DNA of 64,000 nucleotides from Candidatus Cloacimonadota bacterium (lineage in GTDB: Bacteria > Cloacimonadota > Cloacimonadia > G963667145), in the NCBI GenBank assembly GCA_963667145.1, contig OY762943.1, forward strand, positions 337,459 to 401,458, written 5' to 3'. Made by a program: the position numbers and the translations under genes. The notes under the pieces are model-generated. The model ran no database searches and was not told the origin of the DNA. It worked only from the letters and a program-made list of their open reading frames with translations. Each line of letters starts with the position of its first letter. The stretch's first letter is position 1. This document shows positions 20,352 to 28,920 of this stretch, in pieces.

Positions 20352-22432
20352 TCAGCCCTCAAATCGAAAATAAATCCAAAATCGTCCTGTGCTTTGATAA
20401 CTCCAGAACCTGTAACCTCAATGTTGATGTTTTTCTCTTTCGCCAAACTAAAAGCCTCTCGCATCGTCAATCCCACAAAATCCAACGACTCTTTCGCCTC
20501 TACTTTTTCTTCGCTTCCCATGATTATGGTTATTGGAATTCCTGTGGCGAATTTTAGATGCGGTTTAGGAAACTGATCAATCACAATGGTGTCGTTAGCT
20601 TTCTTTTGCAAAATCTTCCCGAAAATTCCTTTCTCCTTCAAGATGAAGTTGACCTTAGCCTTATTAAGCCCAACAAAGTTCGGCATCTCAATTATTTTTT
20701 CTTTGCCCACAACGTCGATGTCGGGATCAACCATCATTTTGGTCACGATTTGTCGAAAAGTTGGAACAGCGGACTGAGCAGCGTAGCGATATTTTCCCTT
20801 AGCACCTTCATACACGATAAGTATCAAATACTTAGGATTTTCAATAGGGAAAAATCCACAAAACGACGACGAATGCACTAAATCACCTTTCTTGCTTCGT
20901 CCCAACTCCTCAGCAGTTCCAGTCTTCCCCGCGATGTGCATATTTTTGATGTTCGTCTGAACTGCCGTGCCACCTTCCACAACTTTGCTCATCATATCTT
21001 TGATAGTGTTTACATTTTTACTGTTGGAAATTTTCGATAAAATTTTTTTACTTTTGACTATAGATTTTCCGTTGGGCAATTCTATTCTTTTCACAATGTA
21101 CGGTCGAAGAAGGTAGCCTCCATTGGCAATGCTGGCATAAGCACTCGCCAACTGCACTGGAGTGAGGGCAATCTCATGCCCAATAGACAAAGATGTGAGC
21201 GTGTATCCGCTCCACTGAGAAGGGTCACGCAAAATTCCTGGTTCTTCTCCGTACATATCTGTCAAAAGATAAGACCCAAATCCTAAATTTTTCAATCTGT
21301 TATAGAGAGACTCACCACCTATTTTCTCCACAATTTTCATCACGCCCACATTAGACGAATATTGCAAAATTTGTTCCAAATTCAGAGTATCACTTTTTCT
21401 ACTGTTGGATGCGTGGTCTTTGATAGTCCTATCTTCGCCTTTCACCTTGTACGGCGAACAATCTATTTTGGAATCCAAATCGAACAATTCGTTGTCCAAA
21501 GCCAATTGCAAAATAAAAGGTTTAATAGTGGAACCAGGCTCAAACAGATAAGAAATTGAATAATTTCGGAACGGCAAAATTACGTTGCCCTTTTTGTTGT
21601 CGTAGCCACAACTAGCCAAAATCTCTCCAGTATTGGGATTCATCACTATCCCCATAGCAGACTTGGCTTTGTACTTCTTTATTCCGCTTCGCAAAGTGGA
21701 AGTCAATATTTTCTGAATTTCTCCATCAATAGTCAGGACAATATTCGCTCCGTCTTTAGCTTCGTTCTCATAGTTTTCCCTGATGTACGGAGTTCCATTC
21801 ACATAAAATTTCCTCCAACCGTCTTCCCCTTGCAAATTAGTTTCAAAAAACTTTTCCAATCCGCTAAGACCAACTAAATTTTCCCGAATAACTCTGCTAT
21901 CTGTGACTTTTTTGCTAATGCTTTTGGCTTCCCCGATTATCGGTTCTAAGTCCAATTGCGAAAGATAATTACGCTTTGAGCCATTGTAAGAAATTAGTGG
22001 CAATGGCAGGTTAGATTTTTCAAACTCATCTATAATCCGCTTCACATCGGTTGCTGGCACCATATTTTTGATGTAAACCGACTCAAATCCTGAAGACTTA
22101 GTAAGCAGAGGATGAGTTCTCATTTTGAGATTGCTGTCCAAAATACTTGCAACCGAAGAATAAATAGACGACAAACTGTCGCCCGTCTTACGTGAATGAA
22201 TGCTCAAGAGATTTTTGTCTATGTCTATTTGATAAAAATCGTCCGAACTAACCAAAGTGCGTCCAGAACGATCCAAAAAGTCGCCTCGCTTGGCGACCAA
22301 AATTTTTTTATGTGGGATATGTCGAGATCGCCATACCTTTGCCAAATCAAAAGGGTCAAACACCTGTATTATCAGCAGATATACAAGCGTGAATATCAAA
22401 ACTATGAGGTTAGCGACCTTAATGAACTTCAT
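20348..22432 (-). CDS. ftsI: class B penicillin-binding protein / FtsI-type transpeptidase with C-terminal PASTA domains
   Basis: N-terminal TM, dimerisation domain, transpeptidase motifs (STIKP, SSN, KTGT) and two C-terminal PASTA-like repeats (FVGLNKAKV..., FVGLTMREA...). Confidence 0.8.
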   Translation of the reverse strand: MKFIKVANLIVLIFTLVYLLIIQVFDPFDLAKVWRSRHIPHKKILVAKRGDFLDRSGRTLVSSDDFYQIDIDKNLLSIHSRKTGDSLSSIYSSVASILDSNLKMRTHPLLTKSSGFESVYIKNMVPATDVKRIIDEFEKSNLPLPLISYNGSKRNYLSQLDLEPIIGEAKSISKKVTDSRVIRENLVGLSGLEKFFETNLQGEDGWRKFYVNGTPYIRENYENEAKDGANIVLTIDGEIQKILTSTLRSGIKKYKAKSAMGIVMNPNTGEILASCGYDNKKGNVILPFRNYSISYLFEPGSTIKPFILQLALDNELFDLDSKIDCSPYKVKGEDRTIKDHASNSRKSDTLNLEQILQYSSNVGVMKIVEKIGGESLYNRLKNLGFGSYLLTDMYGEEPGILRDPSQWSGYTLTSLSIGHEIALTPVQLASAYASIANGGYLLRPYIVKRIELPNGKSIVKSKKILSKISNSKNVNTIKDMMSKVVEGGTAVQTNIKNMHIAGKTGTAEELGRSKKGDLVHSSSFCGFFPIENPKYLILIVYEGAKGKYRYAAQSAVPTFRQIVTKMMVDPDIDVVGKEKIIEMPNFVGLNKAKVNFILKEKGIFGKILQKKANDTIVIDQFPKPHLKFATGIPITIIMGSEEKVEAKESLDFVGLTMREAFSLAKEKNINIEVTGSGVIKAQDDFGFIFDLRAE

Positions 22433-22734
22433 ATTTTGTCGGTAAATACAAATACCAAATTAACTTCCTCTTTTTCTACTTTTGCATAAAAAATTTCTTT
22501 GGGGGTAATCATGCTCAAGCTTCCGTCAGCCAATATTTTTTCCTTAACTTCTTGTGTCAACTGATTAACCCTGCTTTCAATTGCCTTGTTTTCTGCAATT
22601 AACAGGCTGTTTGAATTTTCCAACATATTAATTTTTTTTGTATTCTCGCGTAAAACTTGCTTGTTTAAACCTCCAACAACCACAAAAAACAGCAACAATA
22701 CTGAAAAAGCGACCATCAATTTTTTCATTTTCAT
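22429..22734 (-). CDS. ftsL: FtsL/DivIC-like cell-division protein
   Basis: 101 aa with one N-terminal TM followed by a coiled-coil. Located between rsmH and ftsI with overlapping start and stop codons. Confidence 0.55.
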   Translation of the reverse strand: MKMKKLMVAFSVLLLFFVVVGGLNKQVLRENTKKINMLENSNSLLIAENKAIESRVNQLTQEVKEKILADGSLSMITPKEIFYAKVEKEEVNLVFVFTDKI

Positions 22735-23627
22735 CTCCTTTCCGCTACTCTTAGTTTAGCGCTTCTGGACCTGTTATTATTTATTATTTCCGCCTCTGAC
22801 GGTATAACCGGTTTTTTCGTTAATATATTCAATTTTGCTTGATGACCACAAACGCACTCAGGCAATCCTGGAGGACAAACGCATCCTTCGGAATACTGCT
22901 TAAATAGATTTTTGACTATTCTGTCCTCTTTGCTGTGATAAGAGATCACCACTAATCTGCCACCCTTATTCAATGCATCGATAGCTTTAGGAAGAACTTC
23001 GGAAATCTGCTCCAGCTCTTTGTTTACATAAATTCTGAAAGCCTGAAACACCCGAGATAAAGACTTTTTATTGTGTTTGCCAATTATTTCTGCCAACTCG
23101 GCTGTAGTCTCCAAAGGTCTTTTGCTAACGATTTGCTCGGCATAATATCCAGCTTTCTTCTCCTCACCAAATTCGTAGATTATTCTTTTCAGATCATCTT
23201 TGCTAAACGTGTTAATTACTTTTTTTGCGTTCAGTTCGGACGAAGTGTCCATTCGCATATCAAGTTGCCCGTCGTTGGTGTAGCTAAAGCCTCTTTCCGA
23301 AGATAGCACTTGCACTGTCGAAACTCCCAAATCTAATAAAATTCCGTCCACTTTGCCAACTTTATGCAACGCCAATTGAGACCTAAACGAAGCAAAATCT
23401 GTTTTAACAAGCGTAAATCTCCCTGCAAATTCGGACAACACGTCTTCACCATAATCTATCGCTCTTTGGTCTCTATCGATGCCATACACATAGCAGTCGG
23501 GATTAGCTTCCAAGATTTTTTTGGTATGTCCAGCTTCGCCCAGTGTAAGGTCAACATATACCCCTTTTGGCTTAATGTTCAAAAATTCAACGCTCTCTTC
23601 CAACAACACGGGTATATGTTTATTCAT
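22731..23627 (-). CDS. rsmH: 16S rRNA (cytosine1402-N4)-methyltransferase
   Basis: MNKHIPVLLEE... with SAM motif DLTLGEAGH, typical of RsmH/MraW. Confidence 0.9.
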   Translation of the reverse strand: MNKHIPVLLEESVEFLNIKPKGVYVDLTLGEAGHTKKILEANPDCYVYGIDRDQRAIDYGEDVLSEFAGRFTLVKTDFASFRSQLALHKVGKVDGILLDLGVSTVQVLSSERGFSYTNDGQLDMRMDTSSELNAKKVINTFSKDDLKRIIYEFGEEKKAGYYAEQIVSKRPLETTAELAEIIGKHNKKSLSRVFQAFRIYVNKELEQISEVLPKAIDALNKGGRLVVISYHSKEDRIVKNLFKQYSEGCVCPPGLPECVCGHQAKLNILTKKPVIPSEAEIINNNRSRSAKLRVAERR

Positions 23628-23629
23628 TG

Positions 23630-24064
23630 TTAACCTCTTAAATCTTTGGGAGTTAAATTTGAAAAGCGTTTGAGACCCTCTTCTATCTTAGTTTTGTGCT
23701 CTTCAGGCGACCAAAGTGAAATGTAGTTACCGTTACCCTTCAAGATAGCTTTATCTTCGATGCCCGCATATTCCAAGAGTTCTTTACAGATTTTAACGCG
23801 ACCAGATGCTTCTATTTTTTGCTCTTTTGCATAGTCCGCCAAATAGTCGATAATCGCGACTTGTTCGTCCGTTCCCTCTTCCATTCTTGCACAATATTCG
23901 TCCCAGTTATCCAATGGATACAAAACGATAGATTTGCCCACACCTACTGTTAAAACCACTCTACCAAAAGATTCAGGAGAAAATTTTTCTTTCATCTGAG
24001 TGGGTATAACAATTCTGTATTGATTTAAGGTTACTTCTGAAACTCCATTAAATCTACCCGACAT
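23630..24064 (-). CDS. mraZ: transcriptional regulator MraZ
   Basis: 144 aa with the duplicated MraZ fold. First gene of the dcw cluster. Confidence 0.85.
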   Translation of the reverse strand: MSGRFNGVSEVTLNQYRIVIPTQMKEKFSPESFGRVVLTVGVGKSIVLYPLDNWDEYCARMEEGTDEQVAIIDYLADYAKEQKIEASGRVKICKELLEYAGIEDKAILKGNGNYISLWSPEEHKTKIEEGLKRFSNLTPKDLRG

Positions 24065-24231
24065 AATTTTCTCCTACAAATGACTTTTTGTGATTTATAC
24101 TGACTTTTCTATAGTTATAGTGATATTTGTCAAATAGTTTTATTTATTTCTTTTGGAAAGGCATAAATAAATTGACAATGAACTGCGAATTTATGAGTAT
24201 TGCAGGTGAATTCTTTCTGTAAGGAGATAAA

Positions 24232-25638
24232 ATGAGTAAAATTTTAATCAAAAATCCACTGATTGTGGTAACGCAAAATCAAAACAGAGACGAGTTGAAG
24301 AATATTTGTATCTTAGTAGAAAATAATATAATTAAGTCTATGGACTACACGCCCAAAGATGGCGATAATTTTGACAAAATAATCGATGCCAAGGGTAAAT
24401 TGGTAATGCCTGGCATGGTGAATTGTCATCATCACCTTTTCCAAACCTTGACACGTAATGTTCCTCGAATGCAAGACAAAGAGCTTTTCCCTTGGCTCAC
24501 CAATCACTACAAAGTGTGGAAAGGGATTGATAACGAATGCGTTTATGTTTCCGCAAAAGTCGGATTATTGGAATTGTTGCTGACTGGCTGCACCACTTCT
24601 TCCGACCACATGTATCTATTCCCCAATGGCACGGACGGGAAACTCATCGACGAAGAGATACGTGCCGCCAGAGAACTGAAAATTCGTTTTCAACCTACAC
24701 GCGGGTCAATGACGCTCTCCAGTAAGGACGGCGGATTGCCTCCTGACAATGTAGTGCAAAGCACCGGCGAAATTTTGCAAGACAGCATCAGGCTTCTTGA
24801 CCTCTACCACGATGCATCCTATGGCTCAATGCTGAGAATTAGTCTCGCTCCGTGTTCGCCGTTTTCAGTTACTGGAGAACAGATGAAAAACGTTGCCGAT
24901 TTTGCCAAAGAGCGAAACCTGATGATTCACACTCACCTCGCGGAAACTAAAGATGAAGAAAACTTCTGTATCGAAAAATTCGGTGCTCGTCCAGCTAAAT
25001 ATTTGGACGATTTGGGATGGATTGCCGAAAATTCTTGGACAGCTCATTCTATCCACCTTAGCGATGAAGAGATTGCCTTGATGGGCGAAAGAAAAATGGG
25101 AATTTCACACTGTCCTTCATCCAATATGCGTCTTGGCTCGGGAATTGCCAAAATCCGTGAAATGTTGGATGCTGGAGTGAGCGTGGGACTTGGCGTGGAT
25201 GGCTCTGCTTCCAACGATTCCTCCAATATGCTGGCGGAAGCACGACTGGCAATGCTGTTGTCACGACTTCGCGAAGATAAAAAGAATTGGCTGTCTGCAC
25301 GCGATGTTCTGTGGATGGCAACCAAAGGCGGAGCTTTAGCCTTGGGACGTGACGATATTGGTAGTTTGGAAGAAGGCAAATGTGCTGACATCGTTATGTA
25401 CGATATGGATAGAATCGCCTATGCAGGCGGAATGAGTGACCCTGTCGCTGCCTTAGTTTTTTGCCAAGACACCAACTCCGTTGACACTTCCATCATAAAC
25501 GGAGAGGTAATTGTTGAGAATGGGAAACACAATTTTGATGTTAAGCAATTGATAAAACGACAAAACGAACTGGCGGAAAAACTTCTTGAAAAAGCTCATA
25601 AAACAACAGGAATAGATTTTACAAAAACAGAAAATTAG
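24232..25638 (+). CDS. amidohydrolase-superfamily nucleobase deaminase (8-oxoguanine-deaminase-like)
   Basis: Metal-binding PGMVNCHHHLFQTLTR motif (HxH...Q) near the N-terminus, later HTHLAE and D..G..SN motifs. Resembles the 8-oxoguanine / isoxanthopterin deaminase subgroup from memory. Confidence 0.7.
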   Translation: MSKILIKNPLIVVTQNQNRDELKNICILVENNIIKSMDYTPKDGDNFDKIIDAKGKLVMPGMVNCHHHLFQTLTRNVPRMQDKELFPWLTNHYKVWKGIDNECVYVSAKVGLLELLLTGCTTSSDHMYLFPNGTDGKLIDEEIRAARELKIRFQPTRGSMTLSSKDGGLPPDNVVQSTGEILQDSIRLLDLYHDASYGSMLRISLAPCSPFSVTGEQMKNVADFAKERNLMIHTHLAETKDEENFCIEKFGARPAKYLDDLGWIAENSWTAHSIHLSDEEIALMGERKMGISHCPSSNMRLGSGIAKIREMLDAGVSVGLGVDGSASNDSSNMLAEARLAMLLSRLREDKKNWLSARDVLWMATKGGALALGRDDIGSLEEGKCADIVMYDMDRIAYAGGMSDPVAALVFCQDTNSVDTSIINGEVIVENGKHNFDVKQLIKRQNELAEKLLEKAHKTTGIDFTKTEN

Positions 25639-25655
25639 CCTAAATTCAACCAATA

Positions 25656-25684
25656 TAAAGGTCACAATTTGTGACCTTTTTGTT
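25656..25684. terminator. bidirectional intrinsic terminator between convergent genes
   Basis: AAAGGTCACAA-T-TTGTGACCTTT hairpin flanked by A-run and T-run. Overlaps the murA stop codon. Confidence 0.6.
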
Positions 25685-26949
25685 TATGAGGTAACTTCTT
25701 GCACAGCTTCTATATCTGCACCCAATTTTCGCAACTTCTCTTCTATTTTTTCGTATCCCCTTCTGATGTGGTAGATACGCATAATTTCCGTGGTGTTTTC
25801 ACTGGCAAGTCCAGCTAACACCAAGGCAGCACTGGCTCGCAAATCTGTTGCCATAACTTTGGCACCGCTATAGCTGTCAACACCTTCCACAATGGCTATA
25901 TTTTTATCAATCTGAATGTCAGCACCCAAGCGACTAAGCTCAGCAACGTGCATAAAGCGATCTGGGAAAACAACATCCTCGATGATGCAACTTCCTTCGG
26001 AAAGTCCCATGTATGCCATAAATTGAGCCTGCAAATCGGTGGGAAATCCTGGGTATTCAGAAGTTATGACTTTCTTCGCTGACAATATTTTTTCAGGCGG
26101 ATAAACAGTGATGCTCCTTTTATCAATTGTGAACTTGCATCCTGTTTCTTCCATTTTTTGTAGAAGAGCTTTTAAATGCTCGGGGACGCAATTTTCCACA
26201 ATGATTTCACTTTTTGTAATAGCTCCAGCCAAAAGAAACGTCCCTGCCTCTATCCTATCAGGAATAACCTCGTAATCACAAGCATGCAAAGAAGAAACGC
26301 CTTGCACTTTCAGTGTTGAACTGCCTACTCCAGAAATATCTGCTCCCATTTTTATCAAGAAATTACACAAGTCTATAATTTCAGGCTCTTTGGCAGCGTT
26401 CTCAATAATCGTCTCACCCTGTGCCAAACAACAAGCCATAAGCATATTGGCAGTAGCACCCACGGAAATTTTTTCAAAATAGAACTGACAACCCATTAGA
26501 TTTTCAACGGAAGCCGAAATATTTCCGTGATTTATCTGAATTTCTGCACCAAGGGCTTCCATAGCTTTCAAATGCAAATCCACAGGTCGAGCACCTATGG
26601 CACAACCACCTGGAAACGAAACAACAGCTTTTCCCATCAAAGCGAGTTGTGGAGCAAGGACGTAGATAGACGCCCTCATCTTGCGAACTATGTCGTACGG
26701 TGCTTCTTGAAAAAAAACATTTTTCGTATCTAACTTCATAGTAGAGCCAACATGCTCTACCTTTACGCCCATAGTTTCCAAAAGATGAGACATAAATTTA
26801 ATGTCCTGAAGCTGAGGAATATTCTCCAAAACGAACTCTCCACGAGCAAGCATAGCCGCTGCCATAATGGGCAAAACCGCATTTTTAGCTCCCCCGATTT
26901 TCACCGAGCCAGAGAGCTTCTTATTTCCTCTAATTACAAATTTTTCCAT
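25684..26949 (-). CDS. murA: UDP-N-acetylglucosamine 1-carboxyvinyltransferase
   Basis: MEKFVIRGNKKLSGSVKIGGAKNA... with the EPSP-synthase-like fold and catalytic Cys region (GGCAIGARPVDLH). Confidence 0.9.
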   Translation of the reverse strand: MEKFVIRGNKKLSGSVKIGGAKNAVLPIMAAAMLARGEFVLENIPQLQDIKFMSHLLETMGVKVEHVGSTMKLDTKNVFFQEAPYDIVRKMRASIYVLAPQLALMGKAVVSFPGGCAIGARPVDLHLKAMEALGAEIQINHGNISASVENLMGCQFYFEKISVGATANMLMACCLAQGETIIENAAKEPEIIDLCNFLIKMGADISGVGSSTLKVQGVSSLHACDYEVIPDRIEAGTFLLAGAITKSEIIVENCVPEHLKALLQKMEETGCKFTIDKRSITVYPPEKILSAKKVITSEYPGFPTDLQAQFMAYMGLSEGSCIIEDVVFPDRFMHVAELSRLGADIQIDKNIAIVEGVDSYSGAKVMATDLRASAALVLAGLASENTTEIMRIYHIRRGYEKIEEKLRKLGADIEAVQEVTS

Positions 26950-27398
26950 TCAAAACCTCTTTGTTTGGCAGCCTCATACAACACTATCGCCACGCTATTG
27001 CTGAGATTGATCGACCTGATATCTGAATGCATAGGAATTGTGATAGTGCTTTCGGAATATTCCTCCAAAATCTCATTCGGCAAACCTCTGCTTTCTGGAC
27101 CAAAAACCAAAAAATCGTTTTCCTTATAATCGATAGAAGAGTAAGCTCTATCTGACTTGGTTGTGGCAAAATAGAAGCGACCATCAGCGTTCAATCTCAA
27201 AAACTCTTCCCAACTATCATAAAGTTGATAATTCAGCTTCTCCCAATAATCAAGCCCAGAACGACGAACACTCTTGTCGTCAATCATAAACCGCATCGGT
27301 CGTATCAGATGCAATTTTGAGCTTGTACCGACACACAGACGACCTATGTTTCCAGTATTCAGAGCAATCTCTGGCTGATATAAAACTATGTTAAACAA
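26934..27398 (-). CDS. trmL: tRNA (cytidine/uridine-2'-O)-methyltransferase, SpoU/TrmL type
   Basis: 154-aa SPOUT protein (IVLYQPEIALNTGNIGRLC). Confidence 0.8.
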   Translation of the reverse strand: MFNIVLYQPEIALNTGNIGRLCVGTSSKLHLIRPMRFMIDDKSVRRSGLDYWEKLNYQLYDSWEEFLRLNADGRFYFATTKSDRAYSSIDYKENDFLVFGPESRGLPNEILEEYSESTITIPMHSDIRSINLSNSVAIVLYEAAKQRGFEWKNL

Positions 27399-28899
27399 CT
27401 TCTATCGCTCCAAATTTACAAACTTTCGCTCTGCACTTTTTGTTTTCAATATGCTCAGTGTACTCATCTCTAAAAAAATCCAAAGTAGATATAACAGTGG
27501 AGGGAGCAATTTGCCCAACGCTACAACGAGACGACTTTTTGATATCCTCAGCAATATTATATATTTTGTCTATATCTTCCATTTTGGCATTTCCAACAAC
27601 TATTCCTTCCAAAATTCCCAGTAGTTTTTGGATGCCAATTCTACACGAAGAACATTTACCACAACTTTCTTTCAGTGCAAACAATAGAGAACGCTTTGCC
27701 ACATCCACCATACAGGCTCTCTCGTCCATCACAACTATGCTACCACAATCCATAATTGTGCTTATTTGGCTGGTAGCCTCATGGTCAATCGGCATATCCA
27801 AATGTTGCTCGGATAGACAACATCCCAAAAGTCCTCCAAGTTGCACAGCTTTAAACGTCCCGTCTTCCTTCATTCCATTACCAATCTCAAAAATTATCTC
27901 TCGAAGCGTTGTGCCAACGGGGACTTCTATTAATCCTGAACGCTTTATTTTTCCTGAAATAGCAAAAACTTTTGTTTTATTTTTTTTGTATTCGTCTGAA
28001 CTATTCAAAATAGTCCAAGGAATTTTAGCGAAAATCTCTGCTGTTCCTATATTGGCAAAATTTTTGACTTTGGGCGTCTCATTTTCCTTCTTGAAAGTAT
28101 CAACAAAAAAAGATTTGTCAGTATCTAAAAACTCGCCAAAACCCTCTTTTATATGCAATTCAAAATCAAACCCACTTCCAAAAATATTGTTGCCTAAATA
28201 ACGCTCATTCTTAAGTTTATCAACAGCGTTTTGCAAAAACTCAATCGCATAAGGAAACTCGGAATTGACATAGATACATCCCTCGGAAACACCGAGAGCA
28301 TGCCCCACAATCATCATCCCCTCAATTATCAGATAAGGATTCCCTTCCAAAAGAGACCTATCGATAAAAGCACTTTGAAACCCTACATCAGCGTTGCAAA
28401 CAATACATTTTTCGTTTTCGAGCAAATTCTCGTTAGTCTCAAACTTTTTAATTCCACTCTTCTGCAAAATCTTTAACACTTCTTTTTGTGAAGATTCTAA
28501 AACTTTTTGCAACGCCCTGAAACCCTCTCGATTCTCATAATCTTCAAAAGATTCAGGGTTAAGATTACCAATATTTTTTAGAGCAATTCTTTTTTGCTTA
28601 GATAAAAAATTAACATGTTGCTCTACCACTCTATGACTAATGACAACGTTGTCGCCCAGCAAATGTTCCTCAAAAATCGTCTCCAAAACATCGGGCGTAA
28701 CTTTTGCATACACAGTCCGTTGATGGTCTTCCCCTTCCACAAAAACCAACGGCTCAAGATGACACATACCGATGCAACCTGTAGTGTCTAACTCCACCAA
28801 GCTCTTCTTTTTCCCCAAAAGCTCGCGAGCCTTATCCAGCACCTTGTCAGCACCAACAGACTTCCCACAAGTCCCCATTCCTATCACCAATCGTTTCAT
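27391..28899 (-). CDS. NuoF/HndC-like iron-sulfur flavoprotein homologue with N-terminal NuoE-like thioredoxin-fold domain (FMN loop divergent)
   Basis: Complex-I 51-kDa-like core (VCNADVGFQSAFIDRSLLEGNPYLIIEGM..., SLBB region) and C-terminal N3 [4Fe-4S] motif ESCGKCSSCRIG...SRCSVGQ. The usual GAGAYICGEE FMN loop is replaced by KEGFGEFLDTDK. Confidence 0.65.
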   Translation of the reverse strand: MKRLVIGMGTCGKSVGADKVLDKARELLGKKKSLVELDTTGCIGMCHLEPLVFVEGEDHQRTVYAKVTPDVLETIFEEHLLGDNVVISHRVVEQHVNFLSKQKRIALKNIGNLNPESFEDYENREGFRALQKVLESSQKEVLKILQKSGIKKFETNENLLENEKCIVCNADVGFQSAFIDRSLLEGNPYLIIEGMMIVGHALGVSEGCIYVNSEFPYAIEFLQNAVDKLKNERYLGNNIFGSGFDFELHIKEGFGEFLDTDKSFFVDTFKKENETPKVKNFANIGTAEIFAKIPWTILNSSDEYKKNKTKVFAISGKIKRSGLIEVPVGTTLREIIFEIGNGMKEDGTFKAVQLGGLLGCCLSEQHLDMPIDHEATSQISTIMDCGSIVVMDERACMVDVAKRSLLFALKESCGKCSSCRIGIQKLLGILEGIVVGNAKMEDIDKIYNIAEDIKKSSRCSVGQIAPSTVISTLDFFRDEYTEHIENKKCRAKVCKFGAIEVV

Positions 28900-28920
28900 T
28901 TATCCCTCAAAGCAACAACT

